From: Candidatus Iainarchaeum sp.
Lineage (GTDB): Archaea; Iainarchaeota; Iainarchaeia; Iainarchaeales; UBA10219
Length of the DNA stretch: 64,000 nt
Assembly (NCBI GenBank): GCA_018304425.1
Contig: JAGVWE010000003.1
Span: 64,001 to 128,000 of the forward strand
Direction of reading: 5' to 3'
Shown: one piece after another, positions 1-9,439 of the stretch
Layout of the letters: every line of letters begins with the position of its first letter
Numbering within the stretch: position 1 is the first letter of the stretch
Translations under genes and position numbers: made by a program
The notes under the pieces: model-generated
Seen by the model: only the letters and a program-made list of their open reading frames with translations
Databases searched by the model: none
Told to the model about the DNA's origin: nothing

Positions 1-991
1 CGGCGATGCCCACGGTCACGGCTTTCACGGGCTTTTCGACGACGTTGGCCTTGGTCCACTGCTCGAGGGCTTTCTGCTGGCCGTCAAGCTTGAACTTCTG
101 GTCCCAGCCGAAGTGGACCAGGATGGCGGTGTCGACTCCCAGGTTGCGGAGGAACAGGGGCAGGCTGTAAATGTTGTCCACGTTGTGCATGCCGAACACG
201 CGGTTCATGGGCACGTTGCAGTTGAGGCTTATTTTCTCGGTCACCTTCTGGGTGATGGGGTGCTCGGAGCGGCAGATGACCACGTCGGGTTGAAGGCCCA
301 GCTCCAGCATTTTCTTGATGCCGAGCTGTGCGGCCTTGGTCTTGAACTCGCCGACCGAACTGGGTTCCAGGATGTAGGTGAGGTTGACCAGGCAAACGTT
401 TTCCGCGCCCTCCTCATAGCGGAGCTGCCGCATGGCCTCCATGATGTGGAGGTTCTCGTAGTCTCCCACCGTGCCGCCGACCTCGATGAGGAGCATGTCC
501 GCCTTAGACTTCACGGCGAGGTTGCGGAGGACGTTTTTGACTTCGCCGGTCACGTGGGGGACGAACTGCACGTCCCTTCCAAGATATTTTCCTTCGCGTT
601 CCTTTTGGATGATGGACTGGTAGATGCGGCCGGATGTTACGAAGCTGTCCTTGTTGACGGTCAAGTCGAGGAACCGCTCGTAGCTGCCCAGGTCCATGTC
701 GGTTTCCGTGCCGTCGTCCAAGACGAAGACTTCGCCGTGCCGGTAGGGGTTGAGGGTTCCCGCGTCCACGTTGAGGTAGGCCTCCATCTTGATGGGCACG
801 ACCCTGAGCTTGCGGTTGATGAGGCACTTGCCGAGCGCCGAGGTAAACGTTCCCTTGCCGATGCCGGAGATGACCGAACCCGTTACAACCAGGTACTTGG
901 TCTTGCCGGGCTTGTAGCCATCCGGGATGACGGAATAGAATTCCTCCGAGGAATGGGAGGCAATCTCGTCAAACACTTTCCTGGTATCCAA
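1..991 (-). CDS. pyrG: CTP synthase, N-terminal part (runs off the window edge; not in the ORF track)
   Basis: Manual translation from TTG at 991: MDTRKVFDEIASHSSEEFYSVIPDGYKPGKTKYLVVTGSVISGIGKG...YLNVDAGTLNPYRHGEVFVLDDGTETDMDLGSYERF. These are diagnostic CTP synthase motifs. Confidence 0.95.
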   Translation of the reverse strand, partial: MDTRKVFDEIASHSSEEFYSVIPDGYKPGKTKYLVVTGSVISGIGKGTFTSALGKCLINRKLRVVPIKMEAYLNVDAGTLNPYRHGEVFVLDDGTETDMDLGSYERFLDLTVNKDSFVTSGRIYQSIIQKEREGKYLGRDVQFVPHVTGEVKNVLRNLAVKSKADMLLIEVGGTVGDYENLHIMEAMRQLRYEEGAENVCLVNLTYILEPSSVGEFKTKAAQLGIKKMLELGLQPDVVICRSEHPITQKVTEKISLNCNVPMNRVFGMHNVDNIYSLPLFLRNLGVDTAILVHFGWDQKFKLDGQQKALEQWTKANVVEKPVKAVTVGIA

Positions 992-1176
992 TCAAACCCC
1001 TACTTGAGATTATTTAACAAAAACAGACTAATTTATTGGCGCAACGGTTATTTAAACCTTTTTACAAACCCCGTTTGCGAAAAAAAGGCGAGAAAAGGCC
1101 CTAATTTGGGAAAAGCGTTCCACTGAAAAAACGATTTTACTTCGACTTTTTCCCATAATAGATGACGCGATTAGAG

Positions 1177-1184
1177 TTTAAATA
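1177..1184 (+). promoter_or_regulatory. Archaeal TATA box for the structured RNA + tRNA-Pro transcript
   Basis: TTTAAATA lies about 26 nt upstream of 1210, where a self-complementary RNA begins. Confidence 0.6.
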
Positions 1185-1209
1185 CCTAACGGGCGCCAAT
1201 CCTCTTTCC

Positions 1210-1326
1210 ACGACAGACGGCGACTATTGAAGGACTACCGCCCCATCGAACCCTGCGGGTGAGATGGGGCACGTCCGCGATGTCAACCCCCATGGGGGCC
1301 TAATCGGCTGGCGCCTCGTCAGTTGT
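1210..1326 (+). ncRNA. ~117-nt structured RNA directly abutting tRNA-Pro; possibly a highly divergent 5S rRNA
   Basis: The ends pair (ACGAC/GTTGT, GAC-GGCG/CGCC-TC-GTC). Internal stems: GGAC/GTCC, GCCCCATC/GATGGGGC, CCCC/GGGG, CGAT/ATCG. No ORF; TATA box at the expected distance. Confidence 0.55.
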
Positions 1327-1399
1327 GGGGGTGTAGTCTAGCCTGGCAGGATTCGAGGTTCGGGACCTCGCGGCAGGAGTTCAAATCTCCTCACCCCCA
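1327..1399 (+). tRNA. tRNA-Pro (CGG), intronless, CCA not encoded
   Basis: Acceptor stem GGGGGTG/CACCCCC plus discriminator A; anticodon arm CGAGG-TT-CGG-GA-CCTCG; T arm AGGAG-TTCAAAT-CTCCT; followed by a T tract. Confidence 0.95.
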
Positions 1400-1404
1400 T
1401 TTTT

Positions 1405-2184
1405 TTATTGCAGGTCACGGATTTTCCCGAAGTAGTACGGCTGGTCCTCGATGACCCACACCTTGAAGTCGCCCAGCGGCTGTTTGAGGAACGGCGAAAT
1501 CACTTTTTCCTTCAAGATGTTGGTGCCGATGGTGACCGCGTTGTGCGACGGGATGACGATGAGCTCTTTGCCCTTGAATTTCCCGTGCAGGAAGCACTTG
1601 AACAACTCGGCTTTCACGCCCTCGCGGATGGAAATCGCTGGATGCTCGTTGCCGATGACGATTACTTTCGCTTTCCGGAATTCCTCGTTGTCGGGGACGA
1701 AAGCACCATGCGTGACATAGGTGCTGGTGGCAGGCAGGAAGAGGCCTTCCTCCAATACCTTCAAGCCCTTGAACCGGGCGATGGGGCCGAGAATCGTGTC
1801 ATGGTTGCCCTTGACGAGCACGATTTCCCGGCAGTGCTGCTGCAGGAAGTCCAGCATGCCCAAAACCTCCTTCCACTCCTGCTCGGAGATGCCGCCGAAC
1901 TCGTGCTTCAGGTCGCCATTGACGACAATCCGCTCGATTCCCTTGCCCTCGGCGGCAAGCGCCAGGAAGGCGAGGCCCAGCCGGCCGACGATGTCATGGA
2001 AGTTGAAGCGCGGAATCAGCACCCCCTCCCGGTTCAGCATCTCCTCATACCCGAGGTGCAAATCGGAGACGACGAAGGCCTTCTCCCGGACGAGGTAGAG
2101 GCCCAACCCGTAAATCTCGCAGCCGGGCAACACCTCTTTTTGGGACATGCGACCCGATTCCTTCTTCGCCGCTTTTTTCGCCAT
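1405..2184 (-). CDS. Calcineurin-like metallophosphoesterase, Lhr-associated (MJ0037-like)
   Basis: SDLHLG, NGDLKH, GNHD, THG and GNEHPA motifs; lies directly downstream of Lhr. Confidence 0.88.
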   Translation of the reverse strand: MAKKAAKKESGRMSQKEVLPGCEIYGLGLYLVREKAFVVSDLHLGYEEMLNREGVLIPRFNFHDIVGRLGLAFLALAAEGKGIERIVVNGDLKHEFGGISEQEWKEVLGMLDFLQQHCREIVLVKGNHDTILGPIARFKGLKVLEEGLFLPATSTYVTHGAFVPDNEEFRKAKVIVIGNEHPAISIREGVKAELFKCFLHGKFKGKELIVIPSHNAVTIGTNILKEKVISPFLKQPLGDFKVWVIEDQPYYFGKIRDLQ

Positions 2185-2186
2185 GG

Positions 2187-4793
2187 CTACACGACCTTCT
2201 GCTTCTCCGCGATGCGCTGCATGACGCGCTCGTGAATCCGGCGGATGAACGCCAGCCTATCCTCCATCTTCATGACATCCCCGTAGCCCTGCAGCAACAA
2301 GTTGAAGGCAAAAGGCGAGGGCAGGGGCGTCGCGATTTTCCGCACCTTCACCTGCCCGCTTTCCAGCCACTGGACTACTTTTGCCGCGGAATCGATGTCC
2401 ATGAGGTCCTCCAAGACTTCCCGCCTGGCCTCGCGGAGGATGCAGAAGTCGCGGGAAATGCGCCGGACCGCGCTGATGAGCAGCCTCGAACTCATCTGCT
2501 GCCGGCCCGCGCTCTTGGTCTTTCCGCGGTAGCTGCGCAGAATCATCAGGGCGCGCGTGGCGCAATGCCTAAACCTCCGGCTCAGCACTTCCGTGCGGTC
2601 CAGGGCCATTTCCAGGAGCATGCGCAGGTCCGGGCTCTTGACTATCCGTAAGGCGGTGTCAATGGGCAGCTTCCCCTCCGAGGTAATCACGAAGCCGTTG
2701 TCGCCCATGCTCAACTCCACGTCCTTGTGCGTGAGCCGGGAGAGGGCATAGGCATATGCTTTGCTCAGGGCGTCGTTCGTCCTCCTCCCGAACAGGGAGT
2801 GGAAAATCAAATGAGTCAACTCGCCCTCGCAGTAGGCTTCAATCACCAGTTTCTTGTCGTGGGGGATTTCCGCGAACAAGAACTGCTCGTGGAAGTACTC
2901 GTAGATGGCGTTCGCGGAATTCTCGTCCACGTACAGGTATTCGTGCAGCCACTCGATGACCTCCGTCTTGGGCTTCCGGTAGACAAACTTTTCCTCCATG
3001 AGGCGCCGGAACCGCTGGATTTCCAGGGCCAGGTCGAAGGACAAGGGCAGCATCTCGCTCGCCCAGCTGGGAACCGTGGGAGGCCTTTTCTCGGCCGACC
3101 GCACCTGGATGGTCATGCCCCGGGAAAAGTTGAAGACATAGCTTTCCCCGCCCAAGACGAAGACGTCGTTCTTTTTGAGGCGCTCCAAGAACATTTCGTC
3201 GATGGTGCCGATGGTCTGCTCGCCGAGCTTGACCTTTATTTTGGCCTCGTCCGGGATGGTGCCGACATTGGTCATGTAAATGATGCGCGCCATCTTGCCG
3301 CGCTTGCCAATCCACCCCGTTTCCCGGTCAAACCATATCTTGGCGTAGACATAGCGCAGCTCCAGGGAAGTGTACTCCCCGGCCAGATAGTCTATGACCT
3401 CGAAGAAATCGGTTCGCTTGAGGGAATGATAGGGAAAGGCACGCGTGACCAACCGGAACAGGTCCTCGACCTGGATCTTGTCCTCAATGGCTATTCCGAA
3501 AATGTGCTGGGCCAGCACATCCAGGCAGTTCAGGGGCACCTGGATCTTGTCAATCTTTTTCTCGAGCGCGTTCTTCAACAGGACCGCGCATTCCACGAGG
3601 TCATCGCGGTCGAGGACAATGATTCGGCCTTTCACCTGGTCATGGAGCTTGTGCCCGGACCGGCCCATGCGCTGGATGGCCCGCGCCACGCTCTTCGGGC
3701 TGCCCAGGAGGATTACCAGGTCGATGAAGCCGATGTCGATGCCCAGTTCGAGACTCGTGCTGCACACCACGCACTTGAGCTTGCCTTGCTTGAGCCGGTT
3801 CTCGATGTTCAGCCGGTGCTCGCGGCTCAGGCTGCTGTGGTGCGCGCCAATGTTCCCGGACAAATACTTTTTGGGGAACTTTTCCTTCAGGTGGTGCACG
3901 ACCCGCTCCGTGGCCGAACGCGTGTTGGTGAACACCAGGGTGGTCTGGTGGCCCTGGATAAGCTTGTCCAGGGTGTCGTAGAGGGCGCGATGCACCTGTT
4001 CCGGCGTAACGTCAATGAAGTTGGGCAACGGAGAGAGGACTTTCAAGTCCATTTTCTTGAGGAACGAGACATCCACGATTTTGCAGGGGCGTTGGACGCG
4101 CTCGCTTTCGTAGCCCACCAGGTACTCGGCGACCAGCTCCAGCGGGGCCACGGTGGCACTCAAGCCGATGCGCGTCATTTCCGGGGCCAGCCGCTGCAGG
4201 CGCTCCAGGCTCAGGGCCAGGTGCACGCCGCGCTTGTTGCTGGCCAGGGCATGGATTTCGTCGACAATGCACCATTTGACTCCCCGGAGGTTTTCCCGGA
4301 ACTTGGGCGCGTTCAAGAGGATGGCAATGGTTTCAGGCGTGGTGATCAGAATGTGGGGCGGTTTGCGCAGCATTTTTGCGCGCTCGGAAGTGGTCGTGTC
4401 GCCGGTTCTAACCGCCACGCGGATGCCCAGTTTCCGTTCCTTCTTCCCTTGAACGGCGGCAATCTCTTCCAGGGGCTCCAGGAGGTTGCGCTGGATGTCG
4501 TTGTTCAGCGCGCGCAGCGGCGAGACGTAAACGCAGTAGACCTTGTCCTCGAGCTGGTTGCCCTGGGAGAGGTTCAACAGCTCGGAGATGACCGCGGTGA
4601 ACGCGGAAAGGGTCTTGCCGGTGCCGGTCTCCGCGCTGACCAGGGTGTTCAACCGGGCATGGATGTTGAGAATGGAATAGCGCTGGGGCTCGGTGAAGCT
4701 GCCGAACTTCTGCCTGAACCACGCCGAAAGCAAGGGGTTCAGGTTGCGGTGGATTTCTTCGTCCGAGTACTTCTCGGTCTGGCGTTCAATCAT
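2187..4793 (-). CDS. lhr: ATP-dependent helicase Lhr (archaeal Lhr-core)
   Basis: AETGTGKT, SPLRALNNDI, TTPE, DEIH, GLSAT, HHSSLS, SLELGID and QRMGRSGH motifs. Start taken at ATG 4793 (MIERQ), because the longer ORF overlaps a + strand gene. Confidence 0.92.
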   Translation of the reverse strand: MIERQTEKYSDEEIHRNLNPLLSAWFRQKFGSFTEPQRYSILNIHARLNTLVSAETGTGKTLSAFTAVISELLNLSQGNQLEDKVYCVYVSPLRALNNDIQRNLLEPLEEIAAVQGKKERKLGIRVAVRTGDTTTSERAKMLRKPPHILITTPETIAILLNAPKFRENLRGVKWCIVDEIHALASNKRGVHLALSLERLQRLAPEMTRIGLSATVAPLELVAEYLVGYESERVQRPCKIVDVSFLKKMDLKVLSPLPNFIDVTPEQVHRALYDTLDKLIQGHQTTLVFTNTRSATERVVHHLKEKFPKKYLSGNIGAHHSSLSREHRLNIENRLKQGKLKCVVCSTSLELGIDIGFIDLVILLGSPKSVARAIQRMGRSGHKLHDQVKGRIIVLDRDDLVECAVLLKNALEKKIDKIQVPLNCLDVLAQHIFGIAIEDKIQVEDLFRLVTRAFPYHSLKRTDFFEVIDYLAGEYTSLELRYVYAKIWFDRETGWIGKRGKMARIIYMTNVGTIPDEAKIKVKLGEQTIGTIDEMFLERLKKNDVFVLGGESYVFNFSRGMTIQVRSAEKRPPTVPSWASEMLPLSFDLALEIQRFRRLMEEKFVYRKPKTEVIEWLHEYLYVDENSANAIYEYFHEQFLFAEIPHDKKLVIEAYCEGELTHLIFHSLFGRRTNDALSKAYAYALSRLTHKDVELSMGDNGFVITSEGKLPIDTALRIVKSPDLRMLLEMALDRTEVLSRRFRHCATRALMILRSYRGKTKSAGRQQMSSRLLISAVRRISRDFCILREARREVLEDLMDIDSAAKVVQWLESGQVKVRKIATPLPSPFAFNLLLQGYGDVMKMEDRLAFIRRIHERVMQRIAEKQKVV

Positions 4794-4866
4794 GGCGGGC
4801 CCCAGGAAAAGAGTCGAGCAAGGAATTGCGTCGGAATAGGAATAAAATACCTTGGCTCCCCCACTT

Positions 4867-5238
4867 ATGCAAATGAAAGCGCCTTCCTTGCTTGCCCTGC
4901 TCCTGCTGACCCTGGTTTTGATTGGGTTGTCCGGCTGCCTTGCATCCGGGCCGCAAAAGTTGGACAAGGAAAAGCTGCCGCCCCTGCCCAACAACAAAAC
5001 CGATTGCGAGGCAACGGGCGGAAGCTGGGGGCTGTTCTCCGGGGGCCCGGAGGAATCCTGTTTCCTGCGTACGACGGACGCCGGCAGGCCGTGCACGAAC
5101 TCCGACCAGTGCGAGGGCGCGTGCGAAGCGGACCAGGAAGGCGCAACGACCGGCGCATGCACCAAGAGGAGGCCCGTGATGGGCGGCTGCCACGCTTTCG
5201 TGGAAAACGGCCCGGCTCGCACGGTATGCATTAATTGA
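4867..5238 (+). CDS. Small Cys-rich lipoprotein
   Basis: Signal peptide with LSGC lipobox; CEATGGSW...C...TTDAGRPCTNSDQCEGAC Cys module. Confidence 0.7.
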   Translation: MQMKAPSLLALLLLTLVLIGLSGCLASGPQKLDKEKLPPLPNNKTDCEATGGSWGLFSGGPEESCFLRTTDAGRPCTNSDQCEGACEADQEGATTGACTKRRPVMGGCHAFVENGPARTVCIN

Positions 5239-5290
5239 AGGCCCACGCACACCGCTTTTAAACCCTTTACAACCCCATTCCTTGGATTGC

Positions 5291-6436
5291 ATGGAGCGCG
5301 TCTACTTCAAGGACAAGGAAATCGTTTTGGTGGGCACGGCGCACATCAGCCAGGCCAGCATCGACCAGGTCAAGAAGGCCATCGAGGAAGAGAAGCCGGA
5401 CTGTGTGGGCGTGGAGTTGGACGCACAGCGGTTCGAACAGCTCCAGCAGGGCAGCCGCTGGCGGGAAATGGATTTGGTGAAGGTCATCCGGGAAGGCAAG
5501 GGCTACTTATTTTTGTTGAACATCTTGTTGGCGAACATCCAGCGGCAGCTCGGCGACCAAGTGGGGGTCAAGCCCGGCGAGGAAATGCTGGCAGCCGTGA
5601 ACGCGGCCAGGGAAAAGAACATCCCGGTGGCGTTGCTGGACCGCGACGTACGCATCACCTTGAAGCGCGCCATGGCCCGGATGTCCGCCCTCGAAAAATT
5701 CAAGTTATTGTATGCGGTGTTGCTGGCCTTGTTCGAGATGCACGAGCCCCTCACCAAGGAAAAGGTCGAGGAGCTCAAGCAACAGGACACCCTGAACGCG
5801 TTGCTCAAAGAACTCGGGCGGGAGGCTCCCGGTGTCAAGCAGGTGCTGGTCGATGAAAGAGACCAGTTCATTGCCAACAAGATTCTGGCGGCGAACGGCA
5901 AGAAGATTGTCGCGGTCGTGGGAGCCGGGCACATCGAGGGCATCCAAAAGCACTTGGCGCACCAGATGCCGATTGCGCACTTGAACCTCGAGCCCACCAA
6001 GAACGTGTGGATGGAGTTCCTCAAATTCGTGGTGCCCGTGGTATTCATTGCTTTGCTGGCCTATGGCCTGGTGAACAAGGGGTTTTCCACGGGCCTCGAA
6101 ATGATTGGATGGTGGATTGCCATCACGGGCGGCTTGTCCGCCTTGGGCGTGCTGGTGGCGCGGGGGCATCCCTTCGCCATTGCCACGGCTTTCCTGGCCG
6201 CGCCCCTCACGACCTTACACCCCGCGCTGGCGGCCGGCTGGTTTGCCGGCCTCGTGGAAGCCAAGATCCGCATTCCCCTGGTGAAGGACTTTGAGGGGTT
6301 GAACAAGCTGAACAGCCTCTCGGACTTGAACAACAACCGCGTGACTCACATCCTGATGGTTACTGCCCTGGCCAACCTGGGGGCCACGATGGGCACGCTT
6401 ATTGCGTTCCCCTATCTCTTGAGCCTGCTGGGCTGA
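5291..6436 (+). CDS. TraB/PrgY/GumN family protein with C-terminal TM helices
   Basis: LVGTAHIS, VGVELD, PGEEM, LVDERD and VVGAGH motifs. Confidence 0.9.
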   Translation: MERVYFKDKEIVLVGTAHISQASIDQVKKAIEEEKPDCVGVELDAQRFEQLQQGSRWREMDLVKVIREGKGYLFLLNILLANIQRQLGDQVGVKPGEEMLAAVNAAREKNIPVALLDRDVRITLKRAMARMSALEKFKLLYAVLLALFEMHEPLTKEKVEELKQQDTLNALLKELGREAPGVKQVLVDERDQFIANKILAANGKKIVAVVGAGHIEGIQKHLAHQMPIAHLNLEPTKNVWMEFLKFVVPVVFIALLAYGLVNKGFSTGLEMIGWWIAITGGLSALGVLVARGHPFAIATAFLAAPLTTLHPALAAGWFAGLVEAKIRIPLVKDFEGLNKLNSLSDLNNNRVTHILMVTALANLGATMGTLIAFPYLLSLLG

Positions 6437-6502
6437 TTTTTAAAGCCGCAAGCCAAGGAGAAACGAATAAATACTTCGTGCGAGACAATATTAGTGGTTT
6501 GA

Positions 6503-7078
6503 ATGAAGTACTGGGCCTTGGTTTCGTTGCTGGTGCTGGCCGTTGTCTTGGCTGGCTGCACCTCAGGCACGGGCCAAGCCATTAGCGCGCCGCTGCTGCC
6601 TGACCGGGAGAACCGCACCTCGGTCTTTGTCATGGAAGACCTTGTCATGTACGGTTTTGGCAGCAAGAAACTGGAGGTAAACAGCGAGGGCCTCAAGATA
6701 CTGCCCCAGTATGGAAAGCTGTTGGCCGGCGTCAGAGCCCAGTTCAAAGCAGCCAGGGACGGGGAAGCCGATACCTCGGGGAAAGCCGATAAGTCGGGTC
6801 ACAAGTACACGGTGCACTTTTACTGCGACCGCTGCTATCTTGGACTCAACATGGCGTCCGACATTCGGGTCAGAATATACCCGCCATCCGTTAAGAAGGG
6901 AGAGAAGGCGACCGGAGAGGCCGGGGTCTGGTCGCTGCCCTACGCAAATCCCTGCGGGGAAAAAACCAAGATAAGGGCCGTATTGGAATTTGAGGACCTC
7001 AATACCAAGAAAATCACGGAACTCGAGTCCAAGGAAGTCGAATTCATTGTCCGGGGCTCGGGCACCTGCACTAAATAG
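6503..7078 (+). CDS. Lipoprotein of unknown function (paralog 1)
   Basis: LAVVLAGC lipobox followed by TSGTGQA. Confidence 0.75.
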   Translation: MKYWALVSLLVLAVVLAGCTSGTGQAISAPLLPDRENRTSVFVMEDLVMYGFGSKKLEVNSEGLKILPQYGKLLAGVRAQFKAARDGEADTSGKADKSGHKYTVHFYCDRCYLGLNMASDIRVRIYPPSVKKGEKATGEAGVWSLPYANPCGEKTKIRAVLEFEDLNTKKITELESKEVEFIVRGSGTCTK

Positions 7079-7090
7079 GGAGAATGACAA

Positions 7091-7642
7091 ATGCAAAAAC
7101 CAATCCTCGTTTTAGTTCTTGTTCTCGCCGTTGTCTTGGCGGGTTGCGCTTCTGGCACGGGCCAAGCCTATAGCGCGGATGATTTGCCAAGCGGAAAGAA
7201 TGCCGCCGTCCAGTTGAGCGACAAAATCACGGTCAGTTACATTGACACCAAAAACCCCGATTACAAGCCCTGGAACCCCGAAAAGTTCAGGGTTGAGGTG
7301 CCGGTGGGCGGCAGCCTCCTGAAATACGGGGCCTACAGCGACGTCGACATTGATGCGAAGATTGTGGATGATAAACGGATGGACGAAGACCACCAGTACT
7401 GGATTCGGTTCAAGGTTGAGGGCTCGGGCATCACGCTGACGAACAGCAAGCCCTTTGAGGAGTTCCGGGTTAAGAAGTCCGTCCGGGGCACGAACATCAA
7501 GGGCAGCGTCTACTCGAATTTGATGGACTGCGGAAAACCCGGCACTATCGTGGTTCAACTCATCTTCAGGAACCCGAAGAAAGGCCATGAAGTGGTGCTA
7601 AAGGAAATCCGCAGCGGAACCTATTACGGTAGCAACTGCTAG
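7091..7642 (+). CDS. Lipoprotein of unknown function (paralog 2)
   Basis: LAVVLAGC lipobox followed by ASGTGQA; GGAGA RBS. Confidence 0.75.
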   Translation: MQKPILVLVLVLAVVLAGCASGTGQAYSADDLPSGKNAAVQLSDKITVSYIDTKNPDYKPWNPEKFRVEVPVGGSLLKYGAYSDVDIDAKIVDDKRMDEDHQYWIRFKVEGSGITLTNSKPFEEFRVKKSVRGTNIKGSVYSNLMDCGKPGTIVVQLIFRNPKKGHEVVLKEIRSGTYYGSNC

Positions 7643-7682
7643 AACGCAGGCGCCCTATTCCACTCTCGTGCCCGGGCTTTCT

Positions 7683-8336
7683 TCACTCTCTTTCACGGCC
7701 TTCTTTGAGGTAGGGCAGCAGCGCGCCCTTGGCTTCGGCTTCCTGGATGAGTTTTTTCGCGAACTCCATGCGTTGCAGGCACCCGGCCAGGGCCAAAACC
7801 GCGATGAGGCCGAGGGCCAACTGCATGGGCTTGAAGCCCGCAAGGGAGGGGACGAAGGCAGATGCCAGGAGGCCCAGCAGGAACACGAGCAGCCGCTCCG
7901 CGTGCTCGCCGATGCCTGGCCAGTCGCGGTTGTCGGTTACAATCACCAGGCCTGCGCGGGGCTTGGCGTAGCTGGCGATGAACGACAGGCCGATGGCCAG
8001 CGCGGTCTCGAGGGGAAACCGGGGGGCAAAGGCCGCGTAGAGGAACAGCTCGACAAATTTGTCCATCAAGGCGTCGAAGTAGTTGCCGAAAGGCGAGCGC
8101 TTGTTCAAGAGTTTTGCCACGCTGCCGTCAATCAAGTCCATGGAGGCCGCCAGCACGGCGAAGAAGAAGGCCAACAGATACCGGCCTTGGAAGACGAAGG
8201 CAGCCGCAACTAAGGCGAAGACCACGCCCAACAGCGAAACCTGGTTGGGGGAGATTCCAAGGGCGGCAAAGGGTTTGGCTAACGCAGTGCAAATCCCGCG
8301 CACCCGGTTGCGTGTAGCCTGGCCCAGCATGCCCAT
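7683..8336 (-). CDS. CDP-alcohol phosphatidyltransferase family protein
   Basis: SPNQVS and DLIDGSVAK...SPFGNYFDALMD signature; start overlaps the HAD gene stop (ATGA). Confidence 0.88.
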   Translation of the reverse strand: MGMLGQATRNRVRGICTALAKPFAALGISPNQVSLLGVVFALVAAAFVFQGRYLLAFFFAVLAASMDLIDGSVAKLLNKRSPFGNYFDALMDKFVELFLYAAFAPRFPLETALAIGLSFIASYAKPRAGLVIVTDNRDWPGIGEHAERLLVFLLGLLASAFVPSLAGFKPMQLALGLIAVLALAGCLQRMEFAKKLIQEAEAKGALLPYLKEGRERE

Positions 8337-8947
8337 CAGCCTTCCTTGTGCCCGCAAACCCTTTTAAGGTCTGCTTTCAGTTGTTCCGGGGAATGAAAGT
8401 AAACCACTTGGAAGCCCAGCAGGGTTGCGGCCAAGACATTGTACCAGGAATCGTCGACGAAGAGGGTTTCATCCGCCCTTGCGCCCACGGCCTTCAAGGC
8501 GGCTTCAAAGGCGGCGGGAAAGGGTTTCATGGCCTTTATTTCGTTGGAGAAAACCAGGGCATCGAAGCCGGCATAGCGCTTGAGCATGCGGTTGGTTGCA
8601 ACCTGGTAGTCCGAGGTGTTGGTCAGCAGCACGCATTTCACGCCGTTCCGCCGGAGGCCCGCCACCGCATCCAGCACGCCGTAGAATGGTTTGTTGGCTT
8701 TGTAGGGCGCGGTCAGCAGCTTCTCGAATTCCCCACGGGTCAGGGGAGCCCTGCCGTTGTCGAGCACGCGCGACCAGAACGAAAAGGAATCCATTTTTCC
8801 CGTCAGGTGCGCGCAGTTGTGCAGGCAGTAGCGGAAGAAGAACAGGGACAGGGGCACGCCTCGGGCCCTTGCCGCCGCCTGGAAGGTTTGGAAGTCGTTG
8901 TTCTCAATCACGACGCCGTTGAAGTCCAGGATGGCTGCTTTAATCAC
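8336..8947 (-). CDS. HAD-superfamily hydrolase
   Basis: ILDFNGV, LLTN, KP and FVDD motifs. Confidence 0.85.
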   Translation of the reverse strand: MIKAAILDFNGVVIENNDFQTFQAAARARGVPLSLFFFRYCLHNCAHLTGKMDSFSFWSRVLDNGRAPLTRGEFEKLLTAPYKANKPFYGVLDAVAGLRRNGVKCVLLTNTSDYQVATNRMLKRYAGFDALVFSNEIKAMKPFPAAFEAALKAVGARADETLFVDDSWYNVLAATLLGFQVVYFHSPEQLKADLKRVCGHKEG

Positions 8948-9399
8948 TCGCTCACGTCCTCGACGGAGGCCTCGAAGGCGTACTCCAGCAACTCGGCAGG
9001 CGTTATTTCGAGGAGGTGCGCGTCATCGCCGCCCCCGGCGTAAACCTTTTCCTTTGCCATGAGCTTCTGGTCAACCAGGGTTTTCACGCCGTACACGCTG
9101 ATGGGCGGAACGCCCCCGACTTCGTAGCCCGTCATTTCAAGGACCTGCTTGGGGTTGGCGAGTTGCAAAGCGGGGCCAAGGCCCATGGCTTTCGCGACCT
9201 TGGCCGGGCTGACCTTGTCGTCTCCCAGCAGCACCACCAGGACTGCCTGGCTGCGGTCGTAGACGAATACAATGGTTTTGGCGATGTCGTTGACGTTAAC
9301 CCCCAGCACATGGGCGGCTGCCTTGCAGTTGGGCACCTTGTCCACGCACTCGATGAGCTTGGCCTTCAAGCCGTTGGCTTCGATGAATTCGTCGAGCAT
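8944..9399 (-). CDS. YbaK/EbsC aminoacyl-tRNA deacylase family protein
   Basis: IAKTIV, TGYEVGGVPP and YAGGG motifs. Confidence 0.88.
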   Translation of the reverse strand: MLDEFIEANGLKAKLIECVDKVPNCKAAAHVLGVNVNDIAKTIVFVYDRSQAVLVVLLGDDKVSPAKVAKAMGLGPALQLANPKQVLEMTGYEVGGVPPISVYGVKTLVDQKLMAKEKVYAGGGDDAHLLEITPAELLEYAFEASVEDVSE

Positions 9400-9439
9400 A
9401 GGCAAGAAAACGGGAAAAAAAGGTTAAAAAGCCAAGGCT

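Noticed and set aside
113-1126. 337-aa + strand ORF
   Set aside because: It is the antisense shadow of pyrG, whose motifs are clear on the - strand.
2727-5234. 835-aa + strand ORF and similar long antisense ORFs (9533-10657, 19858-21507, 28868-30496, 41275-42690)
   Set aside because: They mirror recognisable genes on the opposite strand. GC-rich codon bias suppresses antisense stops, and they show no motifs.
4794-5252. 153-aa N-terminal extension of Lhr in the ORF track
   Set aside because: It overlaps a convincing lipoprotein gene on the + strand. Lhr similarity begins near ATG 4793.
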